In this document: in pieces, positions 1 through 12,949 of the stretch
How positions within the stretch are numbered: the first letter of the stretch is position 1
Layout: the number at the start of each line of letters is the position of its first letter
Origin: Scyliorhinus canicula
Taxonomy: Eukaryota
Direction: 5' to 3'
Assembly (NCBI RefSeq): GCF_902713615.1
Contig: NC_052155.1
Span: forward strand, 103,771,103 to 103,835,102
Length of the DNA: 64,000 bases
The notes under the pieces: generated by a model
Databases searched by the model: none
Seen by the model: only the letters and a program-made list of their open reading frames with translations
Told to the model about the DNA's origin: nothing
Translations under genes and position numbers: made by a program

Positions 1-18
1 TCCACCATTCAATGAGAT

Positions 19-781
19 AATTTTTTGGGAGGAAAATATTTTATCAAGGCATTTTTAAGTTGAACAATTTTAACCATCAGGTAGCAACAAGAACTAAACA
101 ATATAAGCCCCAGTAATAAACCCCAGCCAGCATGGCTTACACAATCAGAACCTCCTTCCCCAGCCCCCCTTTCCACTGGTCTGCCCAACCTTACTCAAAC
201 CCCATGCCTCCCTTTCCCCCCATCTGCTGATAGCTTAATTTTCCTCGATGAAGTCGATGGACGGCTGCCACCTCTGGGCCCACCCCTGCAGCAATCCACT
301 CAAGGAAAATTTGATTTTCTCGAGTCTGAGAAAGTCTGCCACGTCGCTAACCCATACCCACGACTTTGGGGGGTTCCGAGTCCCTCCAACCTAATAAGAT
401 CTGTCTCCGGGCCACCAGGGAGGCAAAGGGCAAGACATCGGCCTTTCCCACCCTGCTGGGCTCCCGGATCTTCCGACACACCAAAGATCGCCACCTCTGG
501 GCTCGGCACCACCCGCACTTGTAAGACCTCTGACATGACGTCAGCAAATCCCTGCCAGAAACCGCTCAGCCTCAGAAACACCCAAAACATATGGACATGG
601 TTCGCAGGGCCCCCTCGCACAGTCCCACACCTGTCCTCCACCCCCTCAAAGAACCTGCTCATCTGGCCACCGTCATGTGTGCCCTGTGGACCACCTTAAA
701 TTGTGTCAGGCTGAGCCTGGAACATAAAGAGGAAGCATTGACTTGCCTCAGGGCCTCCTCCCGTAATCCGACCTTCAACTC
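19..781 (-). mobile_element. 5'-truncated L1-clade LINE (ORF2 C-terminus + 3'UTR) with 14-bp TSD
   Basis: Minus-strand peptide KADVLPFASLVARRQILLGWRD matches the ORF2 C-terminus of the L1 at 47989-48186 (AFASLVARRQILLMWRG). A-tail at the left end. TSD CCATTCAATGAGAT at 5-18 and 782-795. Confidence 0.9.
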
Positions 782-892
782 CCATTCAATGAGATTATGA
801 CTGATCTGATCGGTGATAATCCTCAACTCCATTTTCCTGCCTTATCCCCATAACCCTTGATCCATTTCCTGATTAAAAATTTGTCGCTCTCA
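782..892 (-). mobile_element. CR1-type LINE 3' end fragment (target of the L1 insertion)
   Basis: ccattcaatgagattatgactgatctg...cttatccccataacccttgat resembles the antisense 3' terminus of shark CR1. Confidence 0.65.
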
Positions 893-1960
893 TTTTTTTT
901 TTCTGTTTAAAATACAGACTAAATTCCACTCTGAGCATTTCTGAGGCACTGCTGCCTGGATTTATGCACCTCTCAATATGCAAATTATTTGACTGAACTG
1001 TCTCAGGTCCCACTTCGCCTTACTTCACAATAGGGCCTTCAGAATTTTGGGTCCCATATCTAGTAGGCTACGCCACTTATTAATAATCTCTGAATATTTT
1101 GACAGTTGTATCCAAGTCTCACACAGTCCCTCTGTTGCTACTTCAAGTTGAAGCCAACCCATAAAGTTATTTAACACTTCTTACTTAATTGCCATTTTCG
1201 GACAATAATAATGATAGTGGTGTAAGGCTTTGTTCTTCAACAAGAAATCATTTTTCTTTTCTCTAATGCTATTGGCGAGCTATATCATTTTCCTAGTGCT
1301 GTTTAATGTATTTGGATAGTTGTCATTCAGAATTAGCTTTTTTTCTTATTCTTGACTTTAATTATGATGACAAAACCTATAGCTCCCCGAAAGACCTACT
1401 CGTCCCCTTTTATATCCGCTCATCTCATGTCATGCAAGCTCCAGATTTTTAATAGTAATTAATGTCTGCCTGCCGACCGCATCAGTAATGGTTTCAAAAT
1501 GAACCCTTCTTTGTATCTTTCTATGTTGAGACTCTGTTTCGAGGGTAGTAATTAAATTGTCTATGCTTTAGATTTCAGGTTTTCTGCCCCTTCTCTGCAT
1601 TTATTGACAAATTCACTCCTTCATTTAGCTCTGACAAGCTAATGGGAGGACCGCACTGTGACTGTAATTGTTTTCAGTCTCACAGATATGTGGCTAAAAA
1701 GGAACCAGGTTTTATTTAAAAATAGATTTGCTAATGTATCTCTGTTATTAGGTCAAAACCGGGTGGGTGACTTAATTTCGGCACCAGATTGAAAATGGCA
1801 AATGCTGATTTGCATTTGAGCTACAATATACTGACTTTTTTAGCAGGGCCAATTTTATTGTTCAGTGTTGTTGCGATGAATATAAGAAATTATCATATTT
1901 TATACTTTATGTTTTTGCAGTAATGTTCTTAAAACATAGGTTAAAATGCTAACAGACAGT

Positions 1961-2457
1961 GGGCGCAATTTAACAATAATGAAACAGAGTCCTGTGTCGA
2001 AAGTATTTAGCCAGGTATGACGTGGCGCTCACAGTGCTGAGAAAGACCCCACTGTCTAACGGGACTCTGTTTCATTTTGGGGTCTCAGCGGGAAATGCTC
2101 CACCAAGGCCGCACATTGTCTGATTTCAGGAGGAAAAAACGGCTTCCCAATCTCGAGAACTGCAAATGTGACCCCTGGACCCCTCCAACACCCCAACTCA
2201 CCTATAAGAGGGTGACCGAGCCCCCCACACCCCACCTAATAAGGGCAGGGCACCCCAGGCTCAATCCCCAGCCCGTGCAAAATGCCACCCAGGCACTCTG
2301 GTACTGCCAGCCTGGCACCCTGGCAGTGCCACCTGGGAACCCATTGTGGGCAGGATCCAGATTGCAATGTCTCGCGAGATCCCATTATATAGCACTAGGC
2401 ATGGAGAACCAGGTAAATCCCTCGAGAAGCCTAGATTTTCCCCAGTACGTTTACTAG
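1961..2457. mobile_element. Truncated Harbinger-type MITE (left half)
   Basis: Starts with TIR GGGCGCAATTTAAC, like the MITEs at 15648 and 58964. Shares the GGCAC/GTGCCA-rich core. Ends abruptly at an LTR. Confidence 0.7.
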
Positions 2458-2460
2458 AGC

Positions 2461-3062
2461 TGTGATTAAAAGTAAGATATTTTGTGATTTTTTTTGCAGG
2501 GTATGTGTTTGTTAATGGCTATTAAAAGCCATTTCACCTGTTTGCAGATAGAGAGGTTATGTAATGTAACAGTTTGAGTCTGGCAGAACTAATCAAGGCA
2601 CATCCTAATGCTGTGTGCTTTGAGTGCAGCTGGTGTAACTAATGGGAGGGGCCAGGTTTGTCTGGTCAAGGATGTTGCTTCTCAGCTGAACAGAAGGTCC
2701 TAAAAACAAATTCATCTCTCTCCGAGAACTCTGCACCAAGATTAGTAAGTAAAACCTGGTTATTAACTGTATACATAAGTGGTATTTGAAATATATGGGT
2801 TTGCTTAATTGGAATGTAGAGACAGGTTTTAGGAAGCAAGTTAAGCTGTTGAAACTGTTAACTATACAGCTCTTTCTTTGTTGCTAATGTGCTTAATGCT
2901 TTGTTCAAATTAAAGTTCACTTTAACATAAAAACTGTCTACTGGTCAGTATTATCACTCCTGTGATGCAGTGACTTTTCCTCACAGTTTTACCAAATACA
3001 AATAGTTGGGTTCTAATCCAGGATCTTAACCAAAATTGGGGTTCTGGTCTGGACCCATAACA
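2461..3062 (+). mobile_element. Solo LTR (Gypsy-like)
   Basis: TG...CA termini, about 600 bp. 3' end GACCCATAACA is identical to the end of the Gmr1-like LTR at 21333. Flanks GAGC/GTTG do not match. Confidence 0.65.
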
Positions 3063-4045
3063 GTTGTAAATATGGACAATATTGGTTGCTCATTATGTAC
3101 CAAACTTGGTTATTGTTTCCACTAAAGTTGTCTGCTGTTGACTGAGTGCTTTCCAGGCTATACTGATGTTGCAACACCAAACTAATATCTCCGTGATTGA
3201 TACAGTACAGGCAGTTTTTTTTAAGTGGCTCATTTTAGTCAATCCTGATTTGGCACTCTTTTTCAATCCAGGCAATGCTTTCCTTCTAATCTCTCATGAC
3301 TTAGGCATATGAAGTATAGCTGCTCATGTTCTGCCATGCTTTCTTCATGGTTGGGAGGAAGGGACCGTTCGGTTGAAATGGCCACATTCCTTTCCTGCAC
3401 TTCACCAGCAGCAGATCGAACCTTTCTCCTGTGAAGGAATTTCTCTTGGTGGTTCCATCATAGGATAGTGATCGGAATAGATATTAAAATGAATGCCAGC
3501 ACTTAAAGAGCTGTGAGATTCCTATTAGCTGGTAGTGCCTCTGCGTAGAAGAGAACAAAATGTGAAGTGCATATTTAAAATATTAAAAATCGCAAATCTT
3601 CTAAATCTTTTGTGCTCAGCGCCATAATTGAGCTCACATGCTACGTGAATTGGTCTCCTTATTTAAGAAAAGAGGTGGGATGAGGGGAGGGTGGGAGCTC
3701 GAGGACCCCTTAATTAGTAAGTTGGGGTGTTAGGGAGACCCTGAGGCCAGGGTGAGGGGTTGAGAGATCAGGGCAGCATTTAAAAATGGTGTCCTGATCA
3801 TTTCCTGTACTGATGAGCTGAGCTGTGCTTGTCAATGCAGGAAGTGAGGTAAGTGTGGCCTCAGCAGAGCATTCCCCGCAGAGGCCCCCAAAACACAGAG
3901 TCCAGTTTGATAGCGGTGTCATTCTCAGCGCTGCAGACTCTGAGAGCTATTTGTGCCCAAAACAGGACTCTTTTTTTGTTAAATCGCGCCCAAAATTTGA
4001 ATTCTAAAGGAATGTGGGGCTGTAACGATAGAGATCAGTGGTGTT

Positions 4046-4378
4046 GGGGAAGCACAGTGGCACTGATGCCTCACAGCGCCAAAGACCCGGGTTCGATTTC
4101 GACCACGGTTGACTGTGTGGAGTTTGCACATTATCCCGTGTCTGCGTGGGTTTCCTCCGGGTGCTCCGGTTTCCTCCTACAGTCCAAAGATGTGCCGGTT
4201 AGGTGGATTGGCCATGCTAAATTGCCCCTTTGTGTCCTAAAGGTTAGGTGGGTTACTGGGTTATGGGGATAGGGCGAGGGTGGAGGCATGGGCTTAAGCA
4301 GGTGCTCTTTCCAAGGGCCAGTGCACACTCGATGGACCAAATGGTCTTCTGAACTGCAAATTCTATGATTCCATGATT
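4046..4378 (+). mobile_element. HE1-like V-SINE (CR1-type tail)
   Basis: tRNA-like head with box B GGTTCGATTTC, V-domain gtggagtttgcac...gggtttcctccgggtgctccggtttcctc, tail ending ttctatgattccatg. Confidence 0.9.
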
Positions 4379-5882
4379 GTAAGCCAGCCTAAAACTGGAG
4401 GGACTTAGTCAGAGCCTGTGCAGTTTAGGGCCACCTACATTCTGTCCAGCTACACACTGAGGTCCCCACGACTGACCGTTGACTCCAATTTGAACTAAAC
4501 CAGTCTGCCATCAGCTTGAGACCCAAGATCTTCTGATTCAATTTTGCATGAGGCAGGTTTTGGGGGTCAATCCAGTGCAGGAAATTATAATAGGATTTTG
4601 GAATTCGTTCCACCTATTTCATGCTCGGGAAATGGGCACATCAATGTCCAATTTCTCCTGCGATGATTTTCTCTGTCTGCATCACGTGGGGAACAATAAA
4701 GCAAATGATCTTATCTGCTGACTTCAACAGTACACCAGAGGGTTAACTGCCAAAAATAGTCTGGTTGTTCAGGGATTCTCCATTGTTTGCTCAGCCATTA
4801 GGAAACTATTAGAGCCATACCAATAAACATATTACTGTTACCCAGGGACTCGACGGCAAATTTTCTGACAATAAAATCTATAGCAATTCACAGTAATTGT
4901 TTTCTGGGCGTAGTTTTGAAAAGAGATCAAAATTGTAGAGTTCAAAACAACAGTGCGCAAGAATTTTCCATGATATTTGGCAGGATCACAAGCTGACATG
5001 ATGCTGCACTTTTTTGTGATCTGAAGCTGTTGATACTGTTCACAGGATCCTGTTCCCCTTCTAATTGACAGCCTAACTACCATAATAACCATCTTTATTT
5101 TCGCCATGAATCACAAGCACCAGGATGGGAATAATGTAGTTCACACTGCACAAGAATCACTGCCATTTATCACTGAAGCACAAAGTTCAACTTTATATCC
5201 ATCGTTATTATAGGTTCTACGAAAAGCATACTCATGTTTTGGAATTTTATGATTTTTTGGGCTAATGTTTGAGGAAAATGACAGCGACAGACTTAATGGC
5301 ATTACATGGCCTTGCAGATACTTATGATATATGACTCAGCCACATGTTCACACTAATAAAATACTTTTTTATTGTCATGAAAGAATGAGAGGGAAAGGAT
5401 GAGATGTTTATGTGACAATAGCAACATTAAACAGAAGTTCATCCAGTTTGAGAATGAGAAGGCTGCCTTTTCCATCTTGTAAGGTACATGCCTCTCACAT
5501 TAATTTATGCAAAAATATATTTTAAAAACAGTGTCATAAGATACCATCCTTTCCACTTATCAGGGGGTAAATTGCATCAGGAATTGGGCTGGAGCATGTG
5601 CACTCCTGAAATAGTGCAACCCAAAACAAGAGAAAGAGGTTGCTCTTGCCTTGAGTACAAAATGTCCACGGAGGAAACTCACTTGTCACATGTTGCTCAG
5701 TTCTGGAGAGAAAGACAAGATGCACACCGGAGAGACTTCCGGTGACGACATGTAGAGATCAGTTGCATACGAGGTTGCTTCCACGAGAGAACTTTGGTTT
5801 AAGACCTCTTCCCTTGGTTTTCGGAGGAGATTTGGGACGGAATTTGGTCAGTTTGATGGGTTAAGAATCCTATGTCAAAGGA

Positions 5883-6985
5883 ATGCCCAATAAATACAAA
5901 ACTAGGCAGCAGAAAAATAGGAGATCATTGTTGGACTTGGATGCTTGGAGAACTTGGTCTGTTAAGAAAATGACGGAGACTCCCGAAGCGCTGGTGGCCA
6001 CTCCACTAACCACGGAGATCTTTACAGGGTTTCTAGTGGGGGTACTTAAGAAATTATGGCGGGAGGTCTCTGAGGACCACGAGGAAGTGATTCAAGGTGT
6101 GATGCCCACTCTTCGAGTGATTTGGCAAAAGTGGTAAAGGCGCAGGGCATGAAGCTAAAGGAGGAGGAGATAACTATTTCAAGGCAAAGTGACTGGATCA
6201 CTTCTCTGAAAGTGGAGATGGTGTGAATGGCCAGTGACAAGAAGACATTAAAGGCCAAGGTGGAAGATTTGGAAAATCGCCCCAGAGGCAGAATTTGAGG
6301 GTTACTGGGTTGCTGGAGAGCTTGGAGGGTCCGAATCCAACAAAGTTTATGTCGCAGTTGTTTTGGAAGAAGGTGGGGCAGGGGGAAATGACATCCTCTC
6401 CCGAACTAGATTGGGCCCACAGGTCGTTGAGGCAGAAGACCTGCGCTGGTGAGCCACCCTATGTGATCATCATGTGCTTTCATAGCTATCAAGGAAAGGA
6501 ACAAGTTCTATGGTGGGCAAAAGAACATTGAGATCCTAGATGGGAAGACCATGTTGTGAGGATCTACCAGGACATTGGAGCAGAGCTGAACAAGCAGCAT
6601 GCAACATTCAACAAGGCCAGGTCCGTGTTGCATCAGAACAATGCTTGATTTGGCGTGGTTTACCCTGCACGCCTCTGAGTGACTTTTAAATATTACATTG
6701 AAAAAAAAAAAATTTTTAGAGTACCCAATTAATTTTTTCCAATTAAGGGGCAATTTAGCATGGCCAATCCACCTAGCCTGCACATTTTTGGGTTGTGGGG
6801 GCGAAACCCACGCAAACATAGGGAGAATGTGCAAACTCCACACGGACAGTGACAAGAGCCAGGATCGAACCTGGGACCTCGGCGCTGTAGTGCTAACCCA
6901 CTGCGCCACCATGCTGCTCTTCTGTCTCCTCTGTCTCCAGAGGAGACAGAGGCATTTGTGCACAAACAGGGGCTCTGAATTATAT
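5883..6985 (+). pseudogene. L1 ORF1p (coiled coil + RRM) remnant, interrupted by a SINE
   Basis: KAKVEDLENR..RVTGLLESLEG..PELDWAHRSLRQK..EPPYVIIMCFHSYQGKEQVLWWAKEH follows the L1 ORF1p pattern. Stops and frameshifts present. Confidence 0.85.
6701..6920 (-). mobile_element. Short-tail V-SINE inserted in L1 ORF1
   Basis: Reverse complement of the tRNA head, shortened V-domain and aattgggtactctaaa tail. Same type as 42065-42303. Confidence 0.9.
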
Positions 6986-7526
6986 TGGTTGGGAGGTGTC
7001 TGTCTGGGGATGGCAGTGTGATTTGGGGGATTTGGTGGGGTACTTGTTGGGTGTTTTGGAATTTTGTACTTGGATTTTTACTGAGAGTTTTATGGGATAA
7101 ATGTTGTTCTTATTTTTCTTTTTTAAAGTTGGAGTTGGCAGGAGGCTGGTTGGTGTTACGGTTTTTAAAATGTTTTTTACTTTGTGTGGGGCTCTCCTGC
7201 TAGCTATATAAGTGCAGAGGGATGGGGTATCTACAGCTCATATGGGGGGGGGGGGGGGGGGAAAGAGTTTAGGATTTTTGTCATCATATTAGTTTGGGCT
7301 TGGGAGGGAGAGGGGGAGGTTGGGAGTCTTTCTTTGCCTTGTTGTTGTTTACTGGGCTATTTGGGTGTGCTATTGATGGGGGTGGATGAGGAGGGGGGAT
7401 GGTTAGTTTTCTGATGGTGGCTATAAACATTTCTTTGCTGTACTTTGATGGGGGATATGGCGGTCACCTTGGGTGGGCCTGGTTTCAACTCTCTTTGAAT
7501 AGTTGCTGGATTGCCCACTAGGGGGA

Positions 7527-10500
7527 ATGGCTGACTTTGGGTCGGTGGTGGGGGGGTGGAGGGGGGGGGGGGGGGGGGTAGACAACCCCTAGTCGGCTGC
7601 TCACCTATAATGTGTGGGGGTTGAATGGCTCAGTAAGGTGTTTGCGCATCTTAGGAGTTTGAAGGCTGATGTGGTGTTTTTATAGCAGACCCATTTGCGG
7701 ATTCAAGATCAGACAAGGTTACAGAAGGGCTGGGTGGACAAATATTGTATTTGGGATTTGACAATAGGGTCCGAGGGGCTGTCATTTTGATTAATAAGAA
7801 AGTATCATTTTTAGCGGCTAAGAACTTGATGGATCCGAATTGGAGGAATGTACTGAAATGGTTAATGGGTAGATGGTTAGTACCACAGTGGTCTTAGTTA
7901 ATTTATATGCACCAAACCAGGATGATACAGTTTTTGTTAACAAGTTCCTGGCTTCTTTTCCCAATCTGGAATCATACCAGCTGATTCTGGGAGGGGACTT
8001 TAACTGTGTACTGGACCTTCGCCTGGATAAATGGAGGCCTACGTCCTTGAGTCCTTCAGGAAAGGCATTTTTAGCCTTCAGAGAGCAGGGGCGGAATTCT
8101 CCAACCCCCCGCAGGTCGGGGAATTTCCCGGGGGCGGCGTAAATCCCGCCATCGCCGTGGCCGGAATTCTCTGCCACCCGGGAATTAGCGGAAGCAGGAA
8201 TCACGTCCCGCCGATCGGTGTGCCCCCCGCGGCGATTCTCCGGCCTGCGATGGGCTGAAGTCCCGCTGCTGACAGGCCAATCCCGCCGATGTGGTTTAAA
8301 CCACCTCTGGTGGCGGCGGGACTGGTGGCGCGAGCAGGCCCCTGGGGTCCTGGGAGGGGCGTGGGGCGATCGAACCCCGGGGGGTGCCCCCACGGTGGTC
8401 TGACCCGCGATCGGGGCCAACCGATCGGCGGGTGGGCCAGTGCCGTGGGGGCACTCATTTTCTTCCGCCGCCGCCACGGCCTCCACCATGGCGGAGGTGG
8501 AAGAGACCCCCTACCGCGCATGCGGCGGTGGTGACGTCAGCAGCCGCTGACGCACCGGCACATGCGCGGACCGTCGAAGGCCTTTCGGCCAGGCCCGATG
8601 CCGGGCGGCGTAGGGCCGAAGGCCGTTGGCGCCGGTTTTGGCACCAGTCGGCGTAGCGGAAACCACTCCGGTGCGGGCCTAGCCCCTAAAGGTGCAGAGA
8701 ATTCGGAGGCCGGAGTGGTTGGAGCCACTCCGCGAAGTCGGGACCCCCCTCCTCGCCGGGTAGGGGAGAATGCAGGCCCAGATGTCAGAGGCAGACCCAT
8801 TGAGATTTTTACATCCAAATGAGAAGGACATTCCCTTTTTCTTTTGGGTGCATCAGGTCTACTCTTGGATCGACCTTTTATGGTGGGTATGTCGCTGCTT
8901 CTGGGAGTGGTAGGATTGGGATATTCAGCAATGGTTATTCCAGATCATGCTCCACATTTTGTGGATTTGGTGTTGGGTTGGGCCCTGCTCAGTGCCCCCT
9001 ACGGATGTTAGAGACGGCGTTGTTGGCGGATAAGGGATTTTGTGAGAAGGTTTCCTCCTCCATTGGGAGTGCATTGACTTTGATAGGAGTGAAGAGTTTT
9101 GGCCTGCCACATTGTGGAAGGCTCTGAAGGCAGTCATTGGGGGCAGATAATCTCTTATAGGGCGCATAAAGAGAAGAGTGAAAGGGTGGAGAGGCAGAGA
9201 TTGGTGGATGCCATCCTGGAGGTTGACCGCCAATACTCGTTTGCCCTGATGCCAGAGAGGCTGGCAAGCAGGAAGATACTGCAGTTGGAATTTGGGCTGC
9301 TTTCAGTAACAGGGCAGTGTGCCAGCTGTGAAACTCGAGGAAGGCGGCCAGTTGCTTGTTCGCACACCAGTTGAGGTGGCAGATAGTGAGGGTGAGGGGC
9401 TTGAATAGCAGGCCGGTCTCTGCCCCACGGTAGGTTAATGAGGCTCTTGAGACCTTTAATTGTAGCCTTTATAAGTCAGAGCCCCCGGAGGATGGGTTGT
9501 TTATGATGGAATGTTCGGATGGCTTGTCTATCCCAGTTGTAGAGCGAGAGAGAAGGGAGGAGTTGGAGTCCCAGAGGAGGTCATAAAATGCATGGGGTTG
9601 ATGCAGTCGGGTAAGGTGATGGGCCTGGACTGTTTCCCAAATTTTAGAAGAAATTTGTGGGTCAGCTGGTCCCACTGTTGTTCAAGGTGTTGAATGGTAA
9701 ATTGTCCCAGGGTTGCTGCCGGCCATGTTGGTGCAGGCATTGATTCTAAAGAAGGATAAGGATCTGACAGAGTGTGAGTTGTATCGCACTGTTTCATCAT
9801 TGAATGCAAGTGCAAAGTTGTTGGTGCAGGTTTTGGCAATGCACTTGGAGCCCTGCCTTCCAGGAATTATAGCGGAGGAACAGATTGGGTTTGTTAAGGG
9901 CAGGCGGCTGTCGGCTAATGTTCGCAGATTGCTTAATGTTATTCTGTCCCCCTCTCCAGTCCCTGAGCCAGGGGTAATTATTTCAAGGCATGCTGAAAAG
10001 CTGTTTTACAGGGTGGAAAGGGGGTACCTGTTCATGATCCATGAAAGGTTTGGTTTTGGACCGAGATTGATATCTTGGATACAGCTTTTATATAGAGCCC
10101 ATCATGAGCGTTCATACAAATTCCTCGATCTTTAAATATTTCCAGTTGAAAAAAGGCACAAGACAGTGGTGTCCATTGTCCCTGCTATTGTTTGCCCGAG
10201 CAATTGAGCCTCTGGCCATAGCCAGAGGTGACAGCAAATAGAGAAGGGGTGGGTAGGGAGGGAGATTCCTTCCTTCCCTTTGGCACCCTCACCCTCTTTG
10301 ATGGATAGAATTTTTTCCATGGTTTAGCTAGGGGAGGGCAAGATTTTGGATATTTATAGTCGGCTTGTGTCGATGGAGCAAGCTCCACTAGATGTGGTAA
10401 AAAGTGGGAGAGGGATCTGGGTCAGGTTTTTGACGGGGGGGGGGGGGGGCATGGAGTCAGGTTCTACACAGGGTCAACTCCACCTCCTCATGTGTTAGGC

Positions 10501-10992
10501 TCAGCTTGATTCGGTTCAAGGTGGTGCATAGGACACATCTGACCAGAGCATGGATGACTGGTTTTTTTTGCAAGTGGAGAATAGATGCAAGCATTTTTCA
10601 TGAGGTTCAGTGAATCATCCACATGTGTTCTGATCTTATCCCAAACTTGTGAGCTTTAGGGTCTCCTTCTTCTGCACCATGTCAGGGATTCTTGGGATTG
10701 AGTTGGAGCCTTGCCCATTGGTGGCTATCTTTGGGTTCTCGGACTCTCCAGAGCTGCAGACAGGGGCGAAGGCGGATGCTCTGTCCTTCGCATCGCTAAT
10801 AGCCTGAAGGTGAGTTCTACTTGGGTGGAGGATTCCGGTTCCACCCAGTGCTTCATCTTGGTTGAGTGACCTTATGGAGATTTTGAACTCAGAAAAGGTC
10901 AAGTATATCATGAGTGGGTCGGCTGAAGGGTTCTACTCAAGATGGTACCCTTTCATTTCCTATTTCAGGGAGTTGGTCACTGTCAGATGTTA
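7527..10992 (+). pseudogene. L1 ORF2p (APE endonuclease + RT) remnant with MITE insertion and RT deletion
   Basis: LLTYNVWGLNG, LVNLYAPN, LILGGDFNCVLD, EEQIGFVKGRRLSANVRRLLNVI, C-terminal RWYPFISYF. No YADD segment is visible. Confidence 0.88.
8089..8778. mobile_element. GC-rich Harbinger-type MITE with CAG TSD inside L1 ORF2
   Basis: TIRs GGGCGGAATTCTCC / GGAGAATGCAGGCC. CAG at 8086-8088 and 8779-8781. Excision restores ...FREQ|MSEADPLRF. Confidence 0.9.
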
Positions 10993-11466
10993 AGGAGGGG
11001 GCTTCTGGTTTTGTTTTTGGTTTTGTCTCGGTTGTTTTTCTTTTTTTGGTGTGAGGGGTGGGGGTACGGGGGTGTAGTTGAGCCTGGGACTGCATTTATT
11101 TTGTTTTGTAGAAGGTTTTATGGTGTTATATTGAAACCATTTTCTCAATAAAAATATTTTTTTAAATGATGCACACTGCAGAGAAAGGCAGAGACACATG
11201 GGAACAAATTTTATGGTGGTCGTATTTCTCACCCCACCATTAGAAAAGTAAATTGTAAACCTATCAACTTCAAAAAAAGGCTGTAAAAGTCACCTGATGA
11301 TCCCAAAGGTTCCAGTAACCACATAGCCTGGAGGTAGTATGGGGTATGTTGGCAATTTCTGATGTAAAATCTGAATGAAAAACTATTGATGGTCAAAAGG
11401 AAACAAACAAAATGATTTTTTTCCCATTTGAAACGGCGTAGAAAATTTTTTGGTAAGCAAGTATGT

Positions 11467-11640
11467 ATAATAATAATATTATAATAATCACTTATTGTCA
11501 CAAGTAGGCTTCAATGAATATACTGTGAAAAGCCCCTAGTCACCACATTCCGGCTCCTGTTCAGGGAGGCCGGTACAGGAATTGAACCCGCGCTGCTGGC
11601 CTTTTTCTGCATTACAAGCCAGCTGTTTAGCCCACTGTGA
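11467..11640 (-). mobile_element. tRNA-derived SINE family B (tail cacagtaacttcattgaagcctacttgtgacaataa(TTA)n)
   Basis: Homologous to copies at 31333, 36017 and 57703. Box B GGGTTCAATTCC. Confidence 0.85.
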
Positions 11641-11904
11641 TCCGTATTGTAATGGTATTTAGGTTATAACCACAATATATAATAGCTTTAAGTTACAGAA
11701 AAGAAGCCAGATATATTATCCTTCCACTGGCACTAGTGATGACGAATAATGTAAATTTCTTTCTTGATTTTTAAATCCCCATAATTAAGCTACATTAATT
11801 TTTCAATATCACTTACCATTCAAATGTTGATTAACAGCAACAACAACAATAGTAAATATCTTTGTCTATGTTGGTTGATCAATTGGTACCAAGGCTGAGA
11901 ATTA

Positions 11905-12142
11905 CCATCAGAAGAACAAAGGAGAGAGTTGAAAGAGTTTCTTTTCACACAGAGGGTTATTGTTACTGAGAATGCTTTACCACAAAATGGTCATTCGTGG
12001 CAGAGAACATAATATCATTTAAAAGGGAATTGCAACAGGATTTGAAAAGGGAGAATATAAAAGGATGCAGAGAAAAGGCAGGAATGGGATTAGAGCTGGT
12101 TCCTCTGGTTGAGGGACTGGCATGACATTTCTATGATTTCTA
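11905..12142 (+). mobile_element. Old CR1 3' end fragment
   Basis: ttcttttcacacagagggtt (FFTQRV motif) and a ttctatgatttcta terminus. Confidence 0.6.
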
Positions 12143-12949
12143 AAGCCACTTAAGTGTCATGGCTAGTTGATTATATAAATCCCAATGAAACACTTTGAAA
12201 CTCTTTACCGGTAGTTTAAAATGTTACTATATACGTGAAAAAAGAACCAGATAGACTAATATAACAGTGGAAGCAATTTATTTTCCTGCATATATGTGGA
12301 GAATGGGATAGACGTCTGCCTTATGACAGCAACAGGGCGTCTGTTCAATTTGACTGGTTTGAACCTCATTTACATTGAATGGCTCTGCAAGCCCGAAACA
12401 CACTCCTTACAGGTAGCTCTCTCTGTTCCCGGGTTTCGTATAATCACATTCTTCATGGCCTAAAGCTAAGATGTTCAATGGACATGCTGCAGGGAGAATT
12501 CAGATCCCCTCACCCAGTGGCAACAAGACAGTAGACCAGCATTGAATGGTCCAGTTGTAGAGTTGCTAATCCGGACAATTCAAACAGTGAAGCCTGAGTT
12601 CAAAGCAAGGTTTGTGGGCATTATCTTTTCTCTTTCTACTTTACTCACCCTCATGCACTCACTCTACATGAAAACCTGGGGATGCACTGTGCAGTCACTC
12701 ATCTGCTACTGCATCCCTTCGCTGTTGCTAATCTTGTCTCTTTGACCTTCTTATTGGTCCTTCAGATGAGTCAGGTCCAGCCACCGCCCAGACTAAAATG
12801 GAGAACCTTTCTAAAGAAACCTCTTCATTCACTGTCACACTTCCAAGCACCAACACAGAATCTGACATCAACAATGAGTGAGAGGAATCTGCTCGGGGTG
12901 ATTCACTGAGCACAAATGAGTAGGGCCAGTGCAATGGAGCAAGCAGCTC

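Larger units (their letters stand above)
5736..11167 (+). mobile_element. Full-length decayed L1-clade LINE with 17-bp TSD
   Basis: 5' GACTTCCGG start, ORF1 and ORF2 remnants, AATAAA and A/T tail. TSD GATGCACACCGGAGAGA (5719-5735) / GATGCACACTGCAGAGA (11168-11184). Confidence 0.92.

Noticed and set aside
4046-4120. tRNA genes (box A/B sequences here and at many other sites)
   Set aside because: All are SINE heads continuing into V or Deu bodies; none forms a complete cloverleaf.
7818-8822. Many long overlapping ORFs (up to 223 aa), also at 38608-39282
   Set aside because: They arise from stop-poor GC-rich MITE sequence, are open on both strands and show no domain motifs.
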